32,000 nt of DNA, from the NCBI RefSeq assembly GCF_003428155.1, contig NZ_QLIR01000014.1:16533-48532 (forward strand), given 5' to 3'. The DNA comes from Fastidiosibacter lacustris (lineage in GTDB: Bacteria > Pseudomonadota > Gammaproteobacteria > Francisellales > Francisellaceae). How positions within the stretch are numbered: the stretch's first letter is position 1; each line of letters starts with the position of its first letter. The notes beneath the pieces were generated by a model. It ran no database searches and was not told the DNA's origin. It saw only the letters and a program-made list of their open reading frames with translations. This document shows, in pieces, positions 9,654-16,028 of this stretch. A program made the translations under genes and the position numbers.

Positions 9654-9756
9654 ACAAACCAATAGCTTTAAAAAATCCATCAAAAAACTATCTAAACAAG
9701 ATAAATTTTAATTAGATGACGAAGACATATCTAAGTCATTAATACCGAATAGTTGA
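9637..9756 (+). pseudogene. decayed RelE/ParE-family toxin remnant
   Basis: The ATG overlaps the antitoxin end. MNLIIKQTNSFKKSIKKLSKQDKF then TAA (9709-9711). The same frame continues LDDEDISKSLIPNS then TGA. Only a toxin-type N-terminus (TxxFkKdlKKL) remains. Confidence 0.5.
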
Positions 9757-9995
9757 CCGTGTAAACTGGTGTTATGGTTGACTACCCACACTTTTAAAAC
9801 TACACATTCCTAGATGGATTTGTATTAAAAATTTACAGCTAAACCAAGCAATATGTGCCTTACTCAGTTTAAGTTTATATCTAAATGTATCATAATATAT
9901 CATACCGCCTTAAGCAGTGCCTAGGCTCGCTACCGAATAGCTGACTTTCCACCAGCGTGGCACTGTTTAATTAAGTGGATGCTTAGGAAGGTGAA

Positions 9996-11060
9996 ATGAA
10001 GCCAATAAAAGAACTTTTATCAATACCATCTGAACTATCTTATCATGAACTTTTAGAACGTTGGCGTGAGCCTTTGGAACTTTGGGGATTCTCAGATAAT
10101 AATGCAAAGGCTAAATATATCGCACAACTAATTAATAAGCACGGTTTAAAAGCATTCTTGACGCCATCTTACGATGGTAAAGAATACATATCAATTTCAA
10201 TTAAATTAGGCAGCCAGGCAATTAATTATAGCGAATTGAGCATTAAAATAATAAAACACGCGTTGAGCAATTTAGCGCTTGTAAAATCACTACCTGTTAA
10301 GGGGTATAAAATCAATAGGTTTAAATTTATCGAAAGTGAAGCATGGCGTAATTTGTTTTTGCGATCCATAACAACTGTTCTATTTCCCATTGATGACGAT
10401 ATTGTTGACAAAATTGGTAACAAAACGCGTGGCGAAATTCTCTCGATTATCTCAAATGGTACCTATTGCACGGTATTATTAAACCATCCTCTTGAACTAA
10501 AAACTGTGCTTGTTCAAGATTACAATGGTTATTTGCAGTTGCAAGTTGGTGATGTCGTGGGCGCTGATTATATTATAACTACATATAAATGGAAAGATGT
10601 CATGGACGATGATTGTATTGTAGCTATATACAAAGAGTTATGGAATCCTGTACTTCTTGAACCAAAGATTGAAGCACCTGTATTTAAAGAGTCTCAGTTA
10701 TATTTCAAGGGTGAAGACATTATAGCCTTTGAAGAAGCACAAATCAGGCAGAAAGAGAGTAACAAACGAGAAAACAATAATAAGGATAAGTCAAGCAAAG
10801 AAAAAGCACCAGAACCTACAAGCAATGGTGTCTTAAAGTGTGTTCAAAAACAACGAGAGTTAGCTTTGCAAACTGCCATAAATCTCGGGGCGATAAAAAA
10901 AAGCCATACAAAGGCAGAGATTCATAAAATATTAAAGCAAGCATCACCAGAGTTATTCACTATAGCAAGAACTACTTTTAATGACTTTTTTAAGAAGCAG
11001 CAGCTGTTTAACCTAAATTCTGGACGTAGAAGCATGGAAGACATAACCGAAAAATGCTAA
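9996..11060 (+). CDS. hypothetical protein (no recognisable domain), lysine-rich linker and alpha-helical C-terminus
   Basis: 354 aa ORF with SD AGGAAGGTG 12 nt upstream and a strong hairpin terminator downstream. Confidence 0.6.
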   Translation: MKPIKELLSIPSELSYHELLERWREPLELWGFSDNNAKAKYIAQLINKHGLKAFLTPSYDGKEYISISIKLGSQAINYSELSIKIIKHALSNLALVKSLPVKGYKINRFKFIESEAWRNLFLRSITTVLFPIDDDIVDKIGNKTRGEILSIISNGTYCTVLLNHPLELKTVLVQDYNGYLQLQVGDVVGADYIITTYKWKDVMDDDCIVAIYKELWNPVLLEPKIEAPVFKESQLYFKGEDIIAFEEAQIRQKESNKRENNNKDKSSKEKAPEPTSNGVLKCVQKQRELALQTAINLGAIKKSHTKAEIHKILKQASPELFTIARTTFNDFFKKQQLFNLNSGRRSMEDITEKC

Positions 11061-11120
11061 ATATAGAGTGACTTTCATTTTTTTTCAATATGACTGAAAC
11101 CCTGATTTAATAAGGATGTA

Positions 11121-11175
11121 AATATGGGGTGATTGGTCGACTACCCCATATTAGCCCCCTTTTTCTTTTCCTTTT
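11121..11175 (+). terminator. hairpin plus T-rich tract
   Basis: AATATGGGGT (11121-11130) pairs perfectly with ACCCCATATT (11143-11152). 12-nt loop, followed by CCCCCTTTTTCTTTTCCTTTTTT. Confidence 0.5.
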
Positions 11176-11195
11176 TTGTCTCTCATAATACACCC

Positions 11196-11217
11196 CAAGA
11201 CTTGGCGCCAAGTCTTG
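11196..11217. promoter_or_regulatory. perfect 22-nt palindrome CAAGACTTGGC|GCCAAGTCTTG upstream of alpA
   Basis: Read directly. Lies 42 nt upstream of the alpA ATG, just after a CATAAT hexamer (11184-11189). Confidence 0.45.
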
Positions 11218-11258
11218 TTAAATAGTGATTGTATAAAGTCTATTAAAAAGGGGAAACC

Positions 11259-11465
11259 ATGAATTTAAATATTATTAAATTACCGTTGGTGGTTGAAAAA
11301 ACAAGCCTTTCAACTGCATCCATATATCGATTAGCTAAAGTGGGTAAGTTTCCAGCTCCTGTAAAGCTAAGTGAGCGTTCAAGCGGCTGGCTTGAATCGG
11401 ATGTAAATCAATGGATTGATAATCGCATTAAAGCACGTGATGGTAAATTGAGTAAAGGGGTGTAG
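11259..11465 (+). CDS. alpA: AlpA-family phage/island transcriptional regulator (excisionase-like HTH)
   Basis: 68 aa. LPLVVEKTSLSTASIYRLAKVGKFPAPVKLSERSSGWLESDVNQWI is the canonical AlpA/Phage_AlpA signature. Confidence 0.85.
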   Translation: MNLNIIKLPLVVEKTSLSTASIYRLAKVGKFPAPVKLSERSSGWLESDVNQWIDNRIKARDGKLSKGV

Positions 11466-11467
11466 GC

Positions 11468-11749
11468 ATGTTAAGTAATGAAATTCAACTAAGTAAACGT
11501 CAATTAAGGACACTTGAAGAGTTGGCTTTAAAGGGTGAAGTGTCAAGGCTTGAGTTGAGTCGCTATGCGGGGTTAAATACACCTGAAACCATAAGCCAGT
11601 TACGTAAAAAGGGATGCATTATCCATATGGTTAGAAAACCCCGCGTTGACCATTATGGTGTGAAGGTTTACGCGGGGTTTTACAGCTTGGATAAAAGCCA
11701 GAAAGATGATGCTTGTAAGCTAGTAATTAAAAACAAGGAGGTGAAATGA
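11468..11749 (+). CDS. small winged-helix DNA-binding protein (island regulator, family not identified)
   Basis: 93 aa. RQLRTLEELALKGEVSRLELSRYAGLNTPETISQLRKKG is HTH-like. Tightly packed after alpA (2-nt gap). Confidence 0.55.
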   Translation: MLSNEIQLSKRQLRTLEELALKGEVSRLELSRYAGLNTPETISQLRKKGCIIHMVRKPRVDHYGVKVYAGFYSLDKSQKDDACKLVIKNKEVK

Positions 11750-12021
11750 TGATTGATAATAAGTTTAATCAAAAAGTAAAAGGAAATCACATTGGTGATT
11801 CCCTGTTTACTTCCCGCCCCACAATGTTATACTGCGCTCGTTCGGGCGTAGTAACCTGCAAAAACAAGCGTAATCATGCGATAAATGGTATCAATATATT
11901 TTCATCTTGGCTACTTGTTTTTCAAGTTGTCGGGTGGTGGCGTAAATACAATACCCGTTTCATTATGGGAAATAGCGCCAGCCTTACTTGTTTGAGGTTA
12001 CTAACCACCCGATTAATTTAG
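11746..12021 (+). CDS. possible leader ORF running through RNA element A1 (coding status doubtful)
   Basis: Very strong SD AAGGAGG (11735-11741) and an ATGA overlap with the previous gene argue for translation initiation. The product has no protein-like features, and the 3' third is the structured element. Confidence 0.25.
   Translation: MMIDNKFNQKVKGNHIGDSLFTSRPTMLYCARSGVVTCKNKRNHAINGINIFSSWLLVFQVVGWWRKYNTRFIMGNSASLTCLRLLTTRLI
11839..11868 (+). promoter_or_regulatory. module-1 leader box with bipartite target (a1 TAGTAACCT, b1 AAACAAG)
   Basis: CGTTCGGGCGTAGTAACC is homologous to 12252-12269. 11849-11857 is complementary to 11995-12003, and 11862-11868 is complementary to 11987-11993 of element A1. 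Confidence 0.55.
11930..12012 (+). ncRNA. structured RNA candidate A1 (c4/CI-like antisense immunity RNA, module 1)
   Basis: Perfect 9-bp closing helix TCGGGTGGT/ACCACCCGA. Internal hairpins GGCG...CGCC and CCTT-ACTTGTTT-GAGG. Paralogous to 12368-12449. The loop is complementary to flanking boxes. Confidence 0.55.
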
Positions 12022-12047
12022 TAATACAAAACAAGGAATCAAATTAT

Positions 12048-12485
12048 ATGAATAATCTAAACCGTATAACGCGGCGTTCGTATTCTCATACTGGTGTAGA
12101 AGTACAAAGCCCGCGCTATACAGTCACTCATGAACCAACTGATAAAACCAACGACATCAGTCAATGCAATTGTATATCAATAGCCCCGTCTTGGTTTTGT
12201 GCTTTTAATCTGTTAAGCTTGCGAATGTTGGTCGTAGAAAGCCAGCAAAAACGTTCGGGCTTAGAAACCCAGATACTACCAAAACGCGGAGCTTATCAAA
12301 CCGTTAAACTTGATATTCAAACGATTATATCTCATTTATGGCTAGTTATAGCTTCATGGTTTCATATAATCGGGTGGGCGCATCAATACAACACCTTTAT
12401 GGGAATAATGCGCGCTGTTTCGTTTTGGGCAGTTTCTAACCACCCGATTTTTAAGGATAACCAAAACGGAGCTAAACCATGGTAG
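12048..12485 (+). CDS. possible 145-aa ORF (icd-like coupling ORF?) overlapping RNA element A2, coding status uncertain
   Basis: ATG at 12048 with SD AAGGA. The end overlaps the start of the next gene (ATGGTAG). The frame is open for 165 codons, which is unusual for AT-rich non-coding DNA. The sequence is not protein-family-like and contains element A2. Confidence 0.3.
   Translation: MNNLNRITRRSYSHTGVEVQSPRYTVTHEPTDKTNDISQCNCISIAPSWFCAFNLLSLRMLVVESQQKRSGLETQILPKRGAYQTVKLDIQTIISHLWLVIASWFHIIGWAHQYNTFMGIMRAVSFWAVSNHPIFKDNQNGAKPW
12252..12286 (+). promoter_or_regulatory. module-2 leader box with bipartite target (a1 TTAGAAAC, b1 CCAAAACG)
   Basis: CGTTCGGGCTTAGAAACC is homologous to 11839-11856. 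12261-12268 is complementary to 12432-12439, and 12279-12286 is complementary to 12421-12428 of element A2. Confidence 0.55.
12368..12449 (+). ncRNA. structured RNA candidate A2 (c4/CI-like antisense immunity RNA, module 2)
   Basis: Perfect 10-bp closing helix AATCGGGTGG/CCACCCGATT. Hairpins GCGCA...TGCGC and CTG-(TTTCGTTTTGGG)-CAG. Shares AATACAA-ACC...TATGGGAA with A1. Loop CGTTTTGG is complementary to CCAAAACG at 12279 and 12461. Confidence 0.55.
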
Positions 12486-13066
12486 TAAAAACAATTATTT
12501 TCAATGACAAAAACATCACTATCCATTATATAAATGGTGATTACTATTTATCCATCGTTAAAATTATGGATGATTTAAACTTAGACTTTAACGACACCGT
12601 AAAAGCCTTAATGAAATCGTCATATTTACATATAACCGCCGATGACGTGACTATTAAATTATCTGAATTAAACAACTGGCTTAATACGATGGATAAAAGC
12701 AAACTAGATAATGGTTCTTTACTTTTTTTAGCTGAGTATCAATCGTCATTACTGAATATTATTAAGCATGAAATTAACCAACTATCACAAGCCTCTAAGC
12801 CAAAGCCTAAATATAATTTTCATATTTTCCAAGGTTCAGTAAGTACCAGAAAGCATAATGAATCAATTTATCTATCCGCAATGGATTTGTGTGAACATCT
12901 AGGAGTCAATAAAGAAGAAAATATCAATAGACTTATTAATGATGAAGATTTTAATGGCTTTTTACATTACTCAATCAATGGCTTATATATCAGTGAAATA
13001 ATTGCGCAATGGTGGATTGGCAAGCTTACTGGTACACATAATCAAGTAAAGGGGGTTAGGCTATGA
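12479..13066 (+). CDS. tandem Bro-N/KilA-N-like domain protein (antirepressor-type candidate)
   Basis: 195 aa with two similar halves: IIFNDKNITIHYINGDYYLSIVKIMDDLNL and FHIFQGSVSTRKHNESIYLSAMDLCEHLGV. These resemble the F-x-F...W/Y-x-S/A-x-D-L/V...LG pattern of Bro-N/antirepressor N-domains. Confidence 0.5.
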   Translation: MVVKTIIFNDKNITIHYINGDYYLSIVKIMDDLNLDFNDTVKALMKSSYLHITADDVTIKLSELNNWLNTMDKSKLDNGSLLFLAEYQSSLLNIIKHEINQLSQASKPKPKYNFHIFQGSVSTRKHNESIYLSAMDLCEHLGVNKEENINRLINDEDFNGFLHYSINGLYISEIIAQWWIGKLTGTHNQVKGVRL

Positions 13067-13968
13067 GGCTTGAAGAATATATGCTTAAATGCGGCTATAC
13101 GCCCCCAAGTGTAATTAATCCAGATGGCTACAATCGATACCCCGCTCCAGACAAAGGAAAGGGTAATAAAGCAGGCTGGCTGATTGTTATTAGTGAAGAG
13201 TGTGCCGTTTTTGGTGATTGGGTGAGTCAAAGCAAATACGTATGGCATGCCAATATGGATAAGATGAGTCATACGGAAAGAACAGCAGCCTATGAGTGCG
13301 CTATACACCAGGCAGAAAGATTGAAGCTTGAGCTGCAACAGCAGCAAGAAGAAGTAGCACATCAATGCCAGTTCATTTTGAATAACTCAGAGAAGGCGCA
13401 AGATAGTCATGCTTATTTAGTCAAAAAAAGCGTTATTTCTTTTGGGCTTCATTGGGCTCCACACTTACAAGGCGTGGATAATGCGTTAATTGTCCCTATT
13501 TATGGTTTTGATGATGGTGCCAATACATTACTGCAATCGCTGCAAATAATCTCGCCTCAAGGAGACAAACGCTTTTTTAAGGGTGGACGAAAGAAGGCGG
13601 GATTCTATCCCTTGCAGGTAAGAGAAGGCAAAGATGTAAGGATATTAATTGCGGAGGGCTATGCAACAGCAGCAAGCTTGGCAATGGTTCAGCCAAACGA
13701 TAGCGTTTATTGCGCTTTTGACGCGGGTAATTTAAAAGATGTTGCTTTATCCCTACGCAAGTACCACCCATTTAGTAAAATCGTTATATGCGCCGACAAT
13801 GACCGCTTTAATGACAAAAACACCGGTGTGCTTGCTGCAAGAGACGCGGCTAACTCTGCCGATGCTGTTTGTATCGTCCCTAGGTTTGAAACGGAAGAAA
13901 CAGGCACAGATTGGAATGATTGGCTAGTGCTAAGGGGATATATAGGAACAAAGGAGGTGCAATCATGA
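13063..13968 (+). CDS. TOPRIM DNA primase of the P4-alpha / TraC / Sog type
   Basis: ILIAEGYATAASLA is the EGYATA primase motif. The TOPRIM acidic motif ICADNDRFN follows, then a TDWNDW tail. Confidence 0.8.
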   Translation: MRLEEYMLKCGYTPPSVINPDGYNRYPAPDKGKGNKAGWLIVISEECAVFGDWVSQSKYVWHANMDKMSHTERTAAYECAIHQAERLKLELQQQQEEVAHQCQFILNNSEKAQDSHAYLVKKSVISFGLHWAPHLQGVDNALIVPIYGFDDGANTLLQSLQIISPQGDKRFFKGGRKKAGFYPLQVREGKDVRILIAEGYATAASLAMVQPNDSVYCAFDAGNLKDVALSLRKYHPFSKIVICADNDRFNDKNTGVLAARDAANSADAVCIVPRFETEETGTDWNDWLVLRGYIGTKEVQS

Positions 13969-14939
13969 ACCAGTTTAATGAACAAAGCAATCAAGCCAGT
14001 GCAAGCGACCTTGTAACAAATGAGCTTAAAGAACAGGGGATAATAACGCCGCAAATTGTACCAATTAAATACGGTGATTTTAAAAAACTAAACCTTAAAA
14101 GCGCGGAGTTCCTTTTATATCCAATCATTGAAGAACAGGGGTTAGCCATGATTTACGCTATGCGTGGGGTTGGCAAAACTCATGTAAGCTTAAATATTGC
14201 CTACGCCGTGGCAACGGGTGGAAGCTTTTTAAAATGGAAAGCCAGGCGCCCAGCTAAGGTCTTATTTATTGATGGGGAAATGCCAGCATATGCACTGCAT
14301 GAACGGTTAAAGGTAATTGACCAAGGTAGAGGGTTTGCAGATGACAATTTAAATATTATCACCCCCGATTTGTTAAAGGATAAAATCCCGCCAGACTTGG
14401 CAACGTCTACAGGGTGGAAGGCTGTAGAAGCTGCTGTGAATGATGTGGATTTAATCATTGTTGATAATATCAGCACACTTTGCCGCAATGGTAGAGACAA
14501 TGAGGCAGATAGCTGGATACCTGTTCAACATTGGGCACTTAAATGGCGTGCGCAAGGCAAAGCAATATTATTTATCCATCACTCCAATAAAAACGGCGAC
14601 CAAAGGGGAACTAGTAAAAAAGAGGATGTGCTTAGCACAGTTATAAAGCTAGAACATGAAGAAGGTTATAGTGCAGAAGACGGCGCTGCCTTTAGGGTAA
14701 GCCATACCAAGTCAAGATTGTTTCATGGTGAGGACGCCAAACCGTTTAAAGCAGCACTAACAAGCAATGGCTGGGTATATGAAGATTGCGAAGCAGGAAT
14801 CAAAGAAGAGGTGTGGGCACTCCATAATGATGGGATGAAGCAAGTTGATATTGCCAGAGAGCTTGGGCTTGAAAAATATCAAGTGACCAGAATCATTCAA
14901 AAGCATAAAAAATGTGATGGAATTTTAAGGACCGTATAA
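13965..14939 (+). CDS. RepA-like / AAA_25 RecA-fold ATPase (replicative helicase candidate) with C-terminal HTH
   Basis: Walker A MRGVGKTHVS, Walker B LIIVDNISTL, HHSNKNGDQRGTSKKED sensor region, C-terminal VDIARELGLEKYQVTRIIQK. The ATG at 13965 has SD AAGGAGG and overlaps the primase stop (ATGA). Confidence 0.8.
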   Translation: MNQFNEQSNQASASDLVTNELKEQGIITPQIVPIKYGDFKKLNLKSAEFLLYPIIEEQGLAMIYAMRGVGKTHVSLNIAYAVATGGSFLKWKARRPAKVLFIDGEMPAYALHERLKVIDQGRGFADDNLNIITPDLLKDKIPPDLATSTGWKAVEAAVNDVDLIIVDNISTLCRNGRDNEADSWIPVQHWALKWRAQGKAILFIHHSNKNGDQRGTSKKEDVLSTVIKLEHEEGYSAEDGAAFRVSHTKSRLFHGEDAKPFKAALTSNGWVYEDCEAGIKEEVWALHNDGMKQVDIARELGLEKYQVTRIIQKHKKCDGILRTV

Positions 14940-15013
14940 TGGAGTGTTTGATTAAATTATATGCTAAATTTTGCCATGCTTTTTGTGAAATAATTAAAGT
15001 AACTTTCGCAATA

Positions 15014-15212
15014 GTTGCAGAGTTGCAGTCCCTTAGGGCGTTGCAACTTGCAACTTTTCAAAAAAGCGTGCAACTTTTCTTGCAACTGTATCAGGTAAAA
15101 AACATGCCTGAAACCCTTATTTTAAAAGGAAGTTGCAACTGCAACTTTTATTGCAACGAACTGCAACTGAATGATATTTGTGCTGCAACTTTTAGGGGTA
15201 AAAAAGTTGCAG
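15014..15212 (+). repeat. iteron array: TGCAAC x9 and inverse GTTGCA x5 (candidate origin of replication)
   Basis: TGCAAC at 15042, 15049, 15069, 15081, 15134, 15140, 15152, 15162, 15184. GTTGCA at 15014, 15022, 15040, 15132, 15206. An A/T-rich stretch at 15090-15130 separates two clusters, directly downstream of the primase/ATPase genes. Confidence 0.7.
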
Positions 15213-15274
15213 TAATATTTCAATAATATGATCGTAAAATCTACACATTTTGCCATGGTAGGAGTGACAAAAAA

Positions 15275-15586
15275 ATGATTAAATCACACGTCAAAAATGA
15301 CGAGCAAAAAAACATCAATTCTGGAGGTGAAATCCTCGGAGATGTATCCGAAAAAACAACACCAAAAACACTGGTGGATTTAGTGCCATACGGAATAACT
15401 GTATTAGATGCTGCTTATGTTAAGCAACTGCTTGTTCATACCACTTGGTTTTCAAGGTATGAAGTTATCGAAAGGTATTGCCAAGTATGGGTAGATGAAT
15501 ATCACGCAACTGACTGCCTAATAAAGCGCGCGAACTTAGCCAGGCGCAAAGCTAACACTTGGATACGTCAATATTTAAATCAATAA
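15275..15586 (+). CDS. hypothetical protein
   Basis: 103 aa ORF with SD GGTAGGAG upstream. No family recognised. Confidence 0.5.
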   Translation: MIKSHVKNDEQKNINSGGEILGDVSEKTTPKTLVDLVPYGITVLDAAYVKQLLVHTTWFSRYEVIERYCQVWVDEYHATDCLIKRANLARRKANTWIRQYLNQ

Positions 15587-15728
15587 TGGAAAGGAGGTTT
15601 TAAAATGAATATCAAAAAATCACTCGTTTTTCTGGCGATACTTAAATTGCACCAAATCTAATGATTTTATAATTAAATAACCCGTTGAGAAAATCTACGT
15701 AATGTTGTTTATCTCCTAAGATCTTTTT

Positions 15729-16028
15729 TTATTGGGATAGCGCAAGCAAAACATGTTTTGGATCTTTTGATATTGCTTTTAGCAAAGCTTTAGCAGGTCC
15801 AGTAGGCTCTCTACGCCCTTGCTCCCAATTTCTTAGGGTTGGCAACTTCACATTAATCAATCTGGAGAATTTTGCCTGAGATAGCCCAGTTTTATTGCGA
15901 ATCTCTTTTACTTTCATAGCATTTATTGTGAATTCTCGCGATGGAGAGCGCTCTCCATCTATGATTTCATTCATTTGTTGCATGCTTTCAACCAATCGAT
16001 TAAAAAGTTTATTTTCCATCACTGCCAC
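15729..16028 (-). CDS. HigA-2-like XRE antitoxin
   Basis: MENKLFNRLVESMQQMNEIIDGERSPSREF...IRNKTGLSQAKFSRLINVKLPTLRNWEQGRREPTGPAKALL matches HigA-2-type antitoxins as I recall them from Vibrio. Overlaps the toxin gene by 10 nt. Confidence 0.8.
   Translation of the reverse strand: MAVMENKLFNRLVESMQQMNEIIDGERSPSREFTINAMKVKEIRNKTGLSQAKFSRLINVKLPTLRNWEQGRREPTGPAKALLKAISKDPKHVLLALSQ

Noticed and set aside
8862-11582. Small antisense ORFs 8862-9062(-), 10226-10423(-), 11379-11582(-)
   Set aside because: They lie opposite int, the 354-aa ORF and alpA/wHTH. There are no SDs and no similarity.
11930-12449. Retron msr/msd, tRNA-like element or type III toxin-antitoxin RNA repeats as explanations for the two structured elements
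   Set aside because: There is no reverse transcriptase or ToxN-like gene nearby. The copies are 438 nt apart rather than tandem short repeats. No anticodon/T-arm architecture is present. The flanking complementary boxes fit an antisense regulator better.
13042-14646. ORFs 13042-13365(-), 13577-13771(-), 13707-14054(-), 13739-13927(+), 14201-14500(-), 14458-14646(+)
   Set aside because: All lie inside, antisense to or off-frame from the primase and ATPase genes, which carry clear catalytic motifs.
14939-15226. 95-aa ORF (MECLIKLY...), also considered as a possible CRISPR-like repeat array
   Set aside because: The sequence is a field of 6-7-nt TGCAAC/GTTGCA iterons. The units are far too short, and there are no spacers of regular length or cas genes, so it is not CRISPR. 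The ORF is a by-product of the repeats.
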